From: Yuukianura sp. NJ FZ-2021
Taxonomy: Eukaryota
NCBI GenBank assembly: GCA_046563655.1
Contig: CM102290.1
Location: 3,844,001 to 3,908,000, forward strand
DNA: 64,000 nt
Direction of reading: 5' to 3'
The position numbers and the translations under genes are program-made. Shown piece after piece: positions 9,818 through 22,872 of this stretch (position 1 is the stretch's first letter; every line of letters begins with the position of its first letter). Under the pieces are notes generated by a model. The model saw nothing but the letters and a program-made list of their open reading frames with translations, had not been told where the DNA came from and did no database searches.

Positions 9818-11137
9818 GAAGTGAAGGTTGAATGTAGTTGTTGAAAACTTTGTAACTGTTGAAGGAGCGAATGTGACTGGGTGTCCAAGTGACGAAACAG
9901 GTCCGCTAAGGCCGGATTGGTCACGTAATTTTGTGAAACTTATCACAAGTTGACCAGCACAACTAGCTCTGCCAGATGATATGAGCAAAAGGAGGATAGT
10001 TCACTAAGTAAAGCCTAAAAAAAACTGAAAAATGTGGAGCGAATTTTTCGTGACTTTCTGTTGTTGTGTTAAAAAAGTTTGTTGTTTTTTGCTATTTTTT
10101 TTAAATTCGTTTTTAATTCCACACTTTAGAGACTAATTAACTAACATCATCTGGATTTTTTTTTTGTTAAATGTGTGGATTTTAAAATTCTACGAAAAGG
10201 AAGTAAATCTCAATTCTACTGTGTACTAGAGGAGAGGCGATACTACCAAATTCCTTGGATAGAAAATGCTACCTACGTATTAACTATTAAGTCTACAGGC
10301 TGGAATTTTTAGAAATAAATTGAGCAGGGTGAAAAACGATAATCAAAATAGCTGCTTTCGTGACCTTCATTTTTTGCGCTTTGATTTCTAGGTAATTACT
10401 AATTAATGTTAATGTTTTCTTTGATTATCGTCACCCACCAACACTTCAGTCCACCATGAGCTGTTGCCAACGTCATCCGCTGTGGGAGGTGCCTGAACTC
10501 GAACAGGAGCCAATCAAGAAGTGCCAACTCTACTTTAGGCAAGTTCCTGTCTAGATTGCATAAGGAATCCATAAGTTTCTCTCTTCAAGTAGTCAATTCA
10601 CAATGTACATACTGAAGGTAGTTTAGGTAAACTAGCGAGTGACTCACAGTCACTGATCACACGATTTTCACGAAAGACCATTGTAGGGTCAGTTCATATC
10701 CTGATGTTGCAGTTTATACGCAAGGATCCACTTTCTTTTGCGTCAGTATCTAAGTGCCAGGCACTCAGCCAACAGTAGCTAGCGGCTAGCCGTACTCGAT
10801 GTTATTAAAAGTCTCAAACTTGTCACATTCAGCAACAGTTTCCTTCTGGCACATCCCAACACTACTGGGTTAGCCTAACCATCTCTGAGAGGTCAACGAA
10901 ACAAAGACACCGCTTGTTTTCCAGGTAAACTTAACACTATTTGGATAACTGTCGTTTGTGCTTGCCTTTTAACACGAATGTTATATTGATCGTTTGCTGT
11001 TGTAAAATTCATAAGCAGAAGGACCAAAGGGAAACATGTATCTGATTCAGCAAGGTGGGCGGAATAGGAAGGAATCGCTGATTCCACTCAGAAGCAATCT
11101 GGAAGATCTCAAGATTGAAATTCTGGATGTCAATACG

Positions 11138-12313
11138 ATGAGCGGTTTCACAGTGATTGACAGCGGATATGAAGAAGTAGTTGAAGTTGTCACATCGGAT
11201 TCTCCTTCAGAAGATGGAAGCAGTAGACCAAGGAAGCGAGCTAAACTAGATCACCTTACTGCTGAACAGAAAGCCCAACACAGAAAAATGATGAATCGAA
11301 TTTCAGCTCAGAGTGCAAGAGACAGACAAAGAGCCCTTATGATTCAGCAAGAAGACAACCTCAAAAAATTATCTACTTCAGTAAGTTTAACATTAACTTT
11401 ACTTGTTTTTATGATTTGGGGTACGAATGTGCCAATTCATTTGTTTCTTTGTTTTCAGTTTGAGCAAATCAAGGAGGAGAACAAATCACTGAAAAAGAAA
11501 AACGAGAGTTTGGTTTCAGAAAATTCCTCGTTGAAGTCTCTGGCTGCTGAAAACGAAAAGCTGAAGAGTTACATCAAAGACTTGGAGTCTAAACTGAAGA
11601 CTGTCACGGAGTCCCATGAGAAATGTACGGACGTTTCACGTAGTGTATCAATTGAGAGCAGTTGCACTCCTTCGGAGCCTGCTGTGCCCATTTCTGTTCC
11701 TCTGCCGAAGGGACTGGAGATGCAACTGATTTTGATTTTCACTCTACTGATATGGAAGTACTCGAATGGGATCTTGACGCTCCAGAAATTCTCAGAGCTT
11801 TGGAAGACTTTTCGCAGACAATCCTCAGTCAGGACACGAAGCTCACAACTTTTGAGGAAGTAAGTACAAAATCAATTTGACAACCAAAATAACACCAATT
11901 GCATCATAACTAATCCCTTCCTTGTCTTTTAGATTATCGACACAGAAAAGCATGGAGGACTTTGTGTTGAAATGGTTCCAGGAGTATCAGCGTCAGAAAC
12001 CGCCGGACTTATTCCCGAAACAGTCCAGCCCCTGATGCCGCCTGAAACATTAACAAACAACGTTAAAGCAGAGGAGAGGTCAACTGACCCTGACACCAAA
12101 GATTTGTTACCCACCGATGAACCAGACTTCTACTACAGTTTCTCTCCGTCTGCCCTTGCCACATCCCCCTCTTCTTACTCTGACACCATGACACCACCCC
12201 ATTTGACCGAAGCAATCACCCTCATGGACAAGCAACACAGCTTCCATGATGCCTATGACGCCCTCGCATGGGAGTCACCCTATTCGGAAGAACTGTTTCC
12301 CGAGTTGAATTAA
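11138..12313 (+). CDS. Xbp1: X-box binding protein 1 (bZIP UPR factor); spliced form join(11138..11380,11459..11681,11705..11859,11933..12313), 333 aa
   Basis: bZIP RKRAKLDHLTAEQKAQHRKMMNRISAQSARDRQR. GT-AG introns at 11381-11458 and 11860-11932. Removing 23 nt shifts into an acidic frame ending WESPYSEELFPELN, like the XBP1s C-terminus. An upstream in-frame ATG at 11036 is also possible. Confidence 0.93.
11682..11704 (+). other. IRE1-type unconventional 23-nt intron
   Basis: Two 7-nt CNGCNGN loops: CTG|CTGT (11679-11685, bulged stem GGAGC/GCCC) and CTG|CCGA (11702-11708, stem GTTCCT/AGGGAC). Excision joins the frames correctly. Confidence 0.92.
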
Positions 12314-12632
12314 TTTATTTTCACTCTTTCTCTAAATTAACTTTCGTTCTAAGAAGATCATTCCTTTTCAATTTACTTTGTTATAACGTCTTAAAGAGAA
12401 ACTTAATTTTCAAATACTAAATATTTAGTCCAGAAAGATACGTACGTTATCTAAAAAAAAAAGCGTTTGAAATCTGGTTTTCAATTGGTAGAAACTACCA
12501 AACACAAATTCGGCTCATTGCTTTCCCTGGTTTAAAAAATAAAGGAAGCACTGCAGCTAAAAACTAAGTTTCAGATTAATATGAATTTTTTTTTAATTAA
12601 TGTTTTATTTTTTTTAGGTTCCACGTCAGTAG

Positions 12633-12838
12633 GGTTGAGGTAGTGATTAACGACTGTCATTGTCGCCGCATGGTGTAGCCAATTTACGGCTACAATGGGT
12701 GGCTACGCTGTTCAGCTACTTGTGTTGCCAGTTTAGGTTGAAGTGGCTACAAATGTCGCCACTAGGTGTAGCCCCTATTGTAGCCGGAGTGGCTGCAACT
12801 TGCGGCTACAATGACGATCGTTAAACCTTATCTCGACC
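12633..12838. mobile_element. MITE, family A (GGTYGAG.. termini, internal TGTAGCC/GGCTACA sub-repeats)
   Basis: 38-bp imperfect terminal inverted repeats (30/38 by eye); no TSD visible; related copy at 31804. Confidence 0.75.
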
Positions 12839-13008
12839 GAACCTAAGCTTTGATCCCAATGTTCTTTAGTCCCATTCTTACCAACTTGTAGAATTCACGC
12901 TTATGGTTTTCGCATTAGTGACCTGCTACGTTTTCAATCATTTCCGTAAAGTAACAGTTTATTTTTCATAAAAAATTAAGGTATTAATTAACGTTGTCAT
13001 CTGTAGAC

Positions 13009-14827
13009 TTAGGTATTAGTAGCTTCAGTGACGTTCTGTCGTTTCCGCATCATCTTCAGTGCTTCCTTCTTGCGTTTCCCACGACTCTCCATCATCCTCT
13101 TGTACATACGTTTATGCTTGTTCCGGATCATCATCACCCTTAAACGATACTCCTCCTTCGTCTCCTCTTCTTTCTGCTTCAATTCATCAACATCCTCCGG
13201 TTGTGCTCTTTCCACAGCCATAGCAACTGGTTCATCCGATCCATCTTCCTTAACCTTTGACTTCTTCTTCGTCTTCTTCACAACTGCAGGCAAAGTAGTT
13301 TCCAGTTCACCAGCACTCTTCTTCCCCTCAGTCGAAAACACTTCATCCGTAGTTATAATGCCCTTCTCCATGTCCAAGAACTTCCGCTTCTCAGCTGGTA
13401 CGTAGTCTCCCTCTCGTTCAACTGCAAATGGAGATACATGTGGTGGTAGAATGGCTCCCTGGAAGTACTTGTCTACTGGCAATAGCGTAGTGGCATTGAT
13501 AGAGTCAAAGACCCATTGTGGCTGGATGTAATATCTGGACAAGTATGTCTTCCCTCCAGTTCCTGATGGGTCTCGATCAACAATTTGATGTGTAATGGTC
13601 TCATCACTTTCGTCAAAGCTGGCTCCAGGAAATACTTCCTTGTCCCAAGATACTTGAGCACCAAAGGCACGGAGACAAAGTGTAAGGGACTCCCTGGGTA
13701 CTTCACGATTCAGAAAGACCTTGAGGCCATTGAATAGGCTCTTGAGTCGCTTGATTCTCTCGGCTTCCTTCTTCAATTCGGCAATCTTTTCATTGTTTCC
13801 TTCCTCCAGTGTAAATTCGTCCATTTCTGTCCCAGTTGCATCTTGACTCTGATCTTCAATGTGAATGATGGACTGATTGAGAGAAGCAATACGTTCACCT
13901 AACATTTCCTCTTCAGTTGTATCTTCTGTAACCTTTAGGGTGGATGTGAGTTTCGGAGGGTAGCAAATGTTGGCGCCATTGTAAAGTCGAAAATTGATAA
14001 ATCCAAGTAACGTACTGTAGAATTCCACGAAAGTGGCCATGATCCTAAAATCAACGGCTTCTGGAGATTGGGGCAAAAATCCAAACGTGTGAGGCATGAT
14101 CCATGTGACAGTTTGTCCTTTGATGTCCGCTTGGTAGTAGTAGCCTTTAATTGATACAAAGACTTTACGAAGAGATCGAGTCTCAATGAGGTAATGTAGA
14201 AATTCAAGGGAGAGACGACGACAAAGGGCTGAAACTCCACCCGGAACGAATCTCATACTTGGAAATGTTGAAAACAGGAAGCAGAGGGTGAGACAGTCAT
14301 CAAGATCTCGAATAGCGTCGATGAACGTTGGATATCTCTCTTTGACGATATGATCCAACGAGTAGGTTGGCTTTGCTTCTGCAATTCGTTTCATACCTTC
14401 ATAGTCACGGGTAGCCCGAGCTCTGGCTTTCTTGCGCAAGTAGACTTTATGTTCCCGGAGTTTCCAGACAATTGGTTCATGGAGGAGGAATTGTATGTCT
14501 TTCTTCAAGTACAAAGTTTTCTTGTCCGTTGATCCTTGTTGCGCTCGTCGACGATTTTTCGGTTCACGGGGATAGATGCCTTTGAGAATACAAAGTCGTC
14601 GAAACATCTTGAGACTCAGCTGAAGTTTCCGAAGGGCCTGCTTCCTTGTAAGGTACAAAGCTCCTTCCCCCGATTCATACTGCAAATTTCAATCATCAAT
14701 TATTAATTGAACATTTATCATCAAAGCTTCGCCGACCGGTCAGGCTAGAAATTTTAGAACTCTATAAGTGATTTAACATTTAAAGTGTTTGTAGAACACC
14801 ACTTACCTTCTTTTTCATTTTCCCCAT
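13009..14827 (-). CDS. PES1: Pescadillo homolog (PeBoW ribosome biogenesis, BRCT); join(14807..14827,13009..14679), 563 aa
   Basis: MGKMKKK|YESGEG...KLQLSLKMFRRLCILKGIYPREPK, LDHIVKERYPTFIDAIRDLDDCL, BRCT-like FLNREVPRESL...ITHQIVDR...YIQPQWVFDSIN. Confidence 0.97.
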
Positions 14828-17631
14828 CGTGGATCTTGAGTATCAACTAATTAATTATGCCAGTCAACAATTACTCCCAGTCGATTAATTCTGAATGAAA
14901 ACAATTTATGCTCTTTTTAGAGCTAGACAAAGATAGAACTGAAAAGCTCAAAATAAAATTCGGTCTTTCTTCGGGATCGCGATGTTGAACACATGCTGGA
15001 ATTCAAAGCCAAAAATTTCGCGGGTTCAGAAAAAATTTTCAAAAACTTTTACGCGCCAATTCTGCAAAATTTGAAATCCGCGTCCCAACACTCTTACAGA
15101 CATGACTTTTTTTTTCAATTTTAGAAAAATGTTGTAACTCTAGCTAGGTCAACTTTTTTAAAATCTAATTAATTTAAATTAAATTAAAATTTAAACTAAT
15201 TAATGAAGCAGTTCAGCTCTGGCCACTTTAAAATTACATTTAAAATATACCGTAAGTAACACAAAGCGCCACGAAAAACTGTCGGAAATTTTCCGGATCA
15301 TGACACGTTCAATCTTTTGTTTCAGTTTGTCTTTCTTTTTGTCGTTTTCAAACACCATTTTAATCAAGATTTTAATCACAAAAGCACTGCTACGGTTAAT
15401 TTAAAATCCAAAAAAGGTTGAACTACATCACAGTCATTGTCTTCCGCTGTACTAAAACTTCTACTCAAAAACTAAACTCACACAACAACATCAACAACAA
15501 CAATTGACAATCATAACAACTTTCAACAATAGAATAGGATTTATACAGTATACAGCACAATTACCGTAGCTTTCCTTGTTCTCACCCAGTTTCTTTATTT
15601 TATTTTTTTTTCAAATGGATGTCACACGTAAGAAATAAAAACGGGACACGAAGTGCCAAATTTAGTCAACGCCATTTCATTTCCCCTCAGAATAAAATCC
15701 AACCATCGTCATTTCCTAGTTTTTTAACAAGAAAAATGTAAAAAGTTAGACTTTTAAGGCTTCAATTTTTGTCTGATTTTCGTAATAAGTACTCTCTGCC
15801 ATTTTAGTTGTGCAGATCAGAAAAAAGAGAGGCAGCAACAGCCATCATCATTACATCATTTCTGCAAAACTCTCCTTCAAAAACCTTCGTGACTAATTCC
15901 AATTGTTCGTAAATGATCAAGATGAAGATGATGGCCGTGACAAGGCAGCGCGCATGCGCAAACCAGAAAAAAATGTTTTTAGTCACCTCAAGTCCTTTTT
16001 GGCTCCAAGTCTACCAAAAATAGGAATTTAACGGATGATTTTGCAACGAAATTTTGCGTTATACAGTTTTTATCGACTAACTTTTTACCGTAATTTTGCG
16101 ACTGTGGACTGTATGATTTAGAGTCGCCTAAGGTTTACCAATTAGTAATTGATCGTGATCGACTCTCTTAGTGAGACAGAAGAATAGGAAATGTACAATT
16201 AGTAATTAAGTTAACAATGGTTGTGTCTCATGGTCTCCTTGCCCAGACACATCAAGTACACTCCGTACACGATCAAATAAGCTTCAAGTTCTCTTGTCAG
16301 AAGATGATGTTAATTGATCCCATTGTAACTGTTACCATCAAAGTCTTAATAATTTTCTAATCATACTTAACAATCGCTTCAGGATACGGAAGGTTAGTCT
16401 AACTCATAGCACGTACCTTGACACGTACACGTACACGTTCACGTACACGTACAATGACTAACGTAACCGTGTAATGTTTAAGGTCGAGGATACAAACGTT
16501 GACACCTTTCTCAAGATCATCATCATCTTCTTCACTTGGACTACTTTTTTCTTTATATGGAATTGCATGTACTAACATCAATTCTCCTCGCAGCTTGTTT
16601 GATACAAACGGACATTTAAAGTAACGGAGTCTCCTGCTAATTGAATTTTTTTTTATTCAAAATTAGTAATAGTCAAAATCAGATTCATTTTTATACTAAA
16701 AGCGTAGTACTGAGCAAGTCCAAGTCCGCGTTTACCTTCATCTTCCCCTCGTCTCACTTTCATGTTCACGTCATTTCTCAAAATAAATTTTGCAATTCAT
16801 CTTCATTTTTTTACAGTTCAAAAAATTGGTAGGTCGTCCACTTGCAATTTTGCAATGCAAAAATGTGTTTTCATTTTGAACAAAAAATGTTTTGTGGTTA
16901 GAAGGTGATGGTTCTATACTTTGAAGTAGGAAAAAAATGGAAAAATTTGACGTGGATTACCTTCAATTTGAAAAACAGAACTTGTTTTTTTTTCTTCAAG
17001 TTTTGAAATTTTAGGTTTAGATGAATTACTGATTCAGGAACTAAAAAACAACTTAATAAGGAAAACAAAATTAGTTAACACCTTCACTCATTTTTTGAAT
17101 GTTAAGAACTTTTGATTTCTATTTTTTTTTTATAAACGCAAAACAAAATAACCAGTTTTGGCTTTAAGCGGTTTTTGAACAAAAAGTGTTAAAAGTTGAT
17201 CTGCGATTGCAAAAGGAGGTGATGATGATGATGATTTTTTGGGAATCAATTACTTTTAGCCACAAAGTGTTCAATTACAGCCTGAATTTAATGACTATTA
17301 ACTTTAATTTTAAAATTTTAAAAGTCAATGAACCGCGTCACACTTTTTCCTTGTTTCCAACGTTAAAATCCAACTTTTACACTCGAATTGCTCACTAAAA
17401 CGAATTTTATTACAAAAAATTAAATTTTATGTTTACAAAACGTTTGAATTTTTTTTTAATTTGGAAAAAAAATAGAGGCCAATGACCGTAGATCGTTTAT
17501 GGAGAGAATAATAACGAAAGAATTTCCCGCGCGTGCTTCCCTTATACACAACCAGCATCCGCCTCTTCCCATTCATTTCGTTTTTGAATAATAGTGTATT
17601 GTCCAATGTACGGACTTTGTTAGGTTATGAT

Positions 17632-17831
17632 CAGACTTGCCAAAAATATTCAGCTCCCATGCCTGCAATGATAACAAAAATCCATATTTCGGTTTTCTTT
17701 TGTTATTAAATATCTAGTTATATACACATGCCCTTCATGTTAATTTCCTTAAATATTTCTAGCTTTTTTAGTAAATATTGTATTTATTTAAATATTTCGC
17801 CGGTTTTTAGTAAATATTTTTGGCATGTCTG
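17632..17831. mobile_element. hAT-like MITE (200 bp)
   Basis: 19-bp TIRs CAGAC(T/A)TGCCAAAAATATT. Flanks GTTATGAT / GTTATTAT form a 7/8 match 8-bp TSD. Internal TAAATATTT sub-repeats. Confidence 0.8.
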
Positions 17832-20800
17832 GTTATTATCATATACGTGGTTAAACTAGGTTCATACCTAGCACAATGTTAAGGTTTTAGGCTGTGCTTG
17901 AAGTAGGTTTATAACCTAACATTCCTCCTCGTGTTGTTAGTATTAGGTTAGGCATAATGTTGATTTCGAACTTTCACCAAAGGAAGAAAGTTAGTGTCTG
18001 AATGTTTGGTTTGTTTCTGGACTTTTTATTGATCAGCGTCTGGAATTGAGGTTTTTGTCCTAATCAGTACTATATGCACCTCTACTCACCTGTCCACTCT
18101 TTATGTTGTTGGAGTGATATAAGCCACTTTTGATCCACTTTGACTCCTACATGCCCAGTACTAATCTATAGGCTTAGCCTAATCCATACGAAACATTGAT
18201 CAAGGTAAGCCCCTCTCCGTATCTGATTCTATCACCACTGGCTACTCCAATGGCAACTGGCAAAACTCATACTTCAATTAATCCACACAAACCAGAAGCA
18301 ACAATAGCATCAAATGGGGAAGTTTAGTCAGTTCAAAACAAGCCAGTTAGGGTATGCACCTAACCTTTACTTCACACTCCAAACAATACCATGGTTTAAA
18401 TCAGGCCCAATTATTCACGTGTAAACTTCGATTACTTTCACCTACCTTATACAAAGCACATTTCTCAAAAATAAAAGAAGAAAGCAGAATTTTTGTTAAA
18501 TTAACTTGCCGCAAAGTAAAACAAAGTAACAAAAAATTTTAGTTATCGTTAGCCTAGGTAAAAATTTGACTCTAAAAAGTACTAGATGTAAAGTATCTTA
18601 CGTATTTACCGTCATTTTTGTTAAGTTTGCTTTTGGTGAGTACAGAAAAACAAACATTCTATTTTTCCAGTATAAAAAAAATCTATTCAAAGGAGTAATA
18701 CATATTTTAATACAGGTTTTCTTTTTAATATTTTTTACAATTTCTGGTGGTGATTAATACTAAACTGATTAAAATCATGATGTAAATTGAGTCCCTTGTT
18801 GGCTTGAGCTTATGCTTATGGTTGTTGTGAGGTGGTGGTGGGTTAGGTGGTGTAGGTGTGTGGACTACAATGGGAAGATTAGGTGTTCAGTTGGTTTGGA
18901 ACTTTTGGCAGGGAATGCCGAGTTACCTTTGCAACGAATCCAATTGTCTAAATGATTTCTCCCAGGCTCTGAGTCATTCCAACCAAACTGCTGCAACGGC
19001 GTCACTTGCCCAATACAAGTCAATTCCACTCTGCATTCATAATTTTCAATCCAACTCGTGTCAATTCAATTCTCAAGTCCTCTTAAAACACTTTCTTAAG
19101 TGAAGTGCTACAATTCCCCCTCTCACTTTCATTTCAATTTGGATCTGAACAATAAAAGTCCATATACATACCAATTCAATTGGATTTCATCATAAGGCCT
19201 AAAAACCTAAGGTAATTTCATTTTCAACCTAATCTAAATCACTCACTTTATTATCATCAGTTACATGCGTCAAAAGTGCAACTATCAGTTTCCAAATGTT
19301 CAAAATTTAAAGCGTTTTATAGTTTGTAAACTCGGTTTTAAAAATTTCCAACTAAATTTCAATTCCAAATTGCAAATCCAACAAAATTTTCACTGGGAAC
19401 ACATGAGCAGTAAAATAGAAAAAAGAAGAAGCTGTAAACAAATTGAAGTGAAAAAGAGTTATGAGGATTTTGAAATTTAGAAGTAAAGTATTGCGGATTT
19501 AAATTTAAGCTGTTAGTAAATTTGGGTTTGATAATTATTGATCTGGGTCTGGAAAAATTTTGAAATTTGATGTGCTAAAAAGAGGAGTGACGTAGTAGAT
19601 GGAATTACACTTGCATCACATGTAATTGGTTTGTGTAATTGTGTCGTTGGATATTAGGTTTTGACCTTCCAGTGACAGTGTATAGACTCAATTACAATAT
19701 GTTATTGTGCTGAGTCATGTATCTAGGTTACATTTCGATTTCAGGTTACACGTAATATGTCAATTTGGCCCAATATATTTTCCCCAAAAAGTTCTTTTCA
19801 AACAAATTAGTTTTCGAAATTTCCGATATTTTTAGGCAAACAACCATCCACCTACAAAATGTGCACAAAAAACGTTAGAAAATGTGTCACGTTGGAAATG
19901 TACAAGGTTTCTCTAAAGTTGTGGTAGCTTGGACTGCGTAACCTAATGCGTAACTTGTCATACTATTTTTATATGTACACATTATATACTGTGTTTGTAT
20001 TATATTGATTATATACTATGTATTTGTTGTATTTGTTAAAGTGTACTATGTATATATTGTAAATATTAATATACTATGTAATTGAGAGCATAAGTTATGG
20101 AGGCTATGCCAAATTTAACAAAGTTTGAAGTGGAAGTTGCGAAAGAAGTTCAAAATTGTTGATGTCCTGATGTTCGTAGCCTAGGTAACCCTAGGGACTA
20201 CAGACTTTGAGCCTCTGAAGTGTGACCAAGTTAACTTCCTTTTGTTGATTCTGAAGTAATTCAACTGTGTGTGTTGAAGTTGGTGCTTATGATGTTTGGA
20301 CGAACAGTTAGTGCAATAAATCCCTTCCAAGATCCATCTTGATGTGTCAGGGTTTTAGAGATGAAGACTTGGGGCGGAAGTAAGCTTCTCTGATTTTTAC
20401 ACGCTAAAATGCGTTGGTTTCAAGGAAAACCGACAGCCAAACACATAACATCATCCCCGTAACCCTTAACATTTTCTTAGGTTCGAAGTCCCGAAAACTG
20501 CTTGACCTCAGTTTTGAAACCGTTGCAAAGTCTCAAAAACTAAAAACAAAATTCAGATTTTCAATAAAAATTGTAACGTATTTTTAACAGATTAAGCACA
20601 AGTTCGGCTAAAGTGGCGACTGTTTTTTTTAAACCGGAAAAAAACCTGCAACTTTCACTCCATTTCAAAAAATTTCTCCAACCATAGAATTCTCACAGCA
20701 AGGAGAATTCCAGCTCACGTTTAAGAAAAATTAGAAAATTTTGGTTACGTTTTTTTTTTTTCAAAAAGTGACAAATCAAGTGAAATTTTCAAAGTTTTAG

Positions 20801-21687
20801 CTAAATTAAAGCCTAAACTAAAATGACTAAAATAAAGTACAGTATGTGAAGTGAAACTGTGGCAAAATTAATTTGGACGATGAAACTTTATAACATTCTG
20901 AGATCGTGAGGAAGCATAGCACCCGAAAGGAAGACGAAAAAGTGAAACGGCGTGAAAACTCAAAACACTTTTATACTTAAACGACCGCTTTAAAAGCTCT
21001 ACGTTTAAAATTTAGTCAAAGTAAAAGTCTTTAGTAAATTATTTGGGGCATAGTCAGTATTATACTAAATAGTCATCATGAAAATGGAAACAGAAATTTA
21101 ACTTTTTCCGCCCTAACTATCGCTTACCCTACATCCTTCGACTAAATAAAAACCTAACTTATGTTTTTCTTTTGAAGAATTTTGGGTGTAGGCCTAGTAG
21201 GTTAATGACTGATTCACATGACATAATTTAACATTCAAATTTACTTTTTCTGTGTAAGCATGTTTTAGACTAAACTTTAGTAGTCTTCTGAAGGTTAGGT
21301 TCTAAAATTCGGTTCACTAAAAAATTAGGCATTCTCTCTGTACTCTTTTGTAATGACAAAATTCATTGTTTAAATTAGTTTAAGTTAGGCGGGGACTAGA
21401 ACTGTTCCAGATTTGGACTCAATTTGGCCAGAATCATTTGGTGTGCCATTAAGTCTTGTCGTGCATAAAAGTAGTTTAAATCAAGTCAAAGGAATAGTAC
21501 ATAGAACCCATTATTTCATCATTTCTATTATCTTTAGTATACGCGAGATGTTGAAATTGGCGCGTCTTCTTCATCTTCTCACTTTGCAATCATCTATGAC
21601 TCGTCGGCATTTCACATAACTTATCATCTGATGTACTCTCTCACTCAAGTAACTTTTCACTTTAACTAATTGTTAACGCCTGTTATC

Positions 21688-21921
21688 CAAGGTTTCTTGA
21701 CAACCGAATTGTATTTCCTACAACAGGTTGTCCAATACTCAGGGTTTTCAAAAATCTTGCTTCAAACAACTTTTAGCACCAATTTAGCACCAATCCCATT
21801 TAGATTACATGCAAAAATTACCATAGAAAAGCAGACTTGCTACTTTCAAACAAATTTCACAACTTCCAGTTATTGGACAACCTGGTGTAAAAAAAAGTTT
21901 TCGTTTTGTTTACGAACCTTG
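21688..21921. mobile_element. MITE, family B (CAAGG...CCTTG termini)
   Basis: ~50-bp imperfect TIRs containing CAGGTTGTCCAATA. Perfect direct repeat CCTGTTATC at 21679-21687 and 21922-21930. Confidence 0.85.
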
Positions 21922-22699
21922 CCTGTTATCAGTCCACATAGAAAGCAGTTCGACAGTTAAATTATGGCAATGTTAAGTTATGGTTAATTAGATTTCTTAG
22001 CTGTTAATGTTTAATTAGCAAATGTTAAAGGTTAGACTTTGTGTAACTATGTGTAAGACAGGAAAAGTGTTAAGTAAGCACACTTTTGTGGACTGTTCAA
22101 ACATGGACTACTGGTGATACACAAAGCAATGAATATCAAAATTTTCAGACTTTTACACTTGGGATTTTGCGTTTTCGTTCTTTAGCTTTCAGTCTGTTTT
22201 TTCAAAATTTCAATTTATTTTGAACCATTTTTTTGTGAGGCTCTTAAAAGTCTACCTCCTGTAATTTCCTTTTTGCTGCACAATTTTCATAACGCTTGGC
22301 TCCAAACTTTAAAACAAAACGTAACGAACTGTGAAGTGAAAACGTTTCTTTTTTTTTGTGCGTTTAGCGCTAACTCCTAACACTAACTGCACCTAAGAGT
22401 AGCATTTTCCTATTTGCTTACACAGTTGGATGGATTGAGGTGACCTCGTCTGAAGTCTCGTATTTTAAAGGTTCATAGTTGAGTACAATTATGATTATTT
22501 CTTACAGTCTCCTCAAACGTTGAAGGACAATTTGTTGCATTTTCATCTGCCAACAAAAAGGCACCCCCCTTACTTCATTTTTTTAAAAGTCTTTTACATT
22601 TTACGTGTTGGGCGCAGACGCCTTCGTGCACCAAAATGACATTCTCTCATACCTCCTTCAAACTCGTAAACGATTTACGCGGAAAATCAAAAAAAAACT

Positions 22700-22872
22700 G
22701 TCCCCCGTCACAATCCCCCCCCCCCATCCGGCGTAGAGATAGTAGAGAAGGAGGGGGGGAGTTTTTTACGGAAGAGATGGGGTGGGGAGGGGGTGCGTTT
22801 TTACGGAGAGGGGGGGGGGGGTGGGGGTGAGTTTTTTACGGGTAGGGGGTGTGGGGTGAAAGGTGCGTGGAG
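22700..22872. repeat. G-rich degenerate tandem repeat (3 x GTTTTTTACGG-like core between G runs), potential G-quadruplex
   Basis: Many G>=4 runs, including a long homopolymer near 22810, preceded by a C-run near 22714, in otherwise AT-rich DNA. Confidence 0.6.

Larger units (their letters stand above)
5633..10072 (-). mobile_element. Full-length CRE-like non-LTR retrotransposon (single ORF, RT + restriction-like endonuclease)
   Basis: Uninterrupted 4.1-kb intronless ORF in an intron-rich region. Candidate 11-bp TSD AAAAGTTTGTT at 5622-5632 and 10073-10083. The short 3' UTR has a 7-bp stem-loop (ACCTGCC-aaa-GGCAGGT, 5657-5673) and AATAAA on the minus strand (5637-5642). Boundaries rest on an AT-rich TSD and are tentative. 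Confidence 0.85.

Noticed and set aside
9744..12313. Link between the element's X-boxes and the neighbouring X-box binding protein 1 gene
   Set aside because: Name coincidence: XBP1 is a bZIP protein binding ACGT-core sites, not RFX X-boxes.
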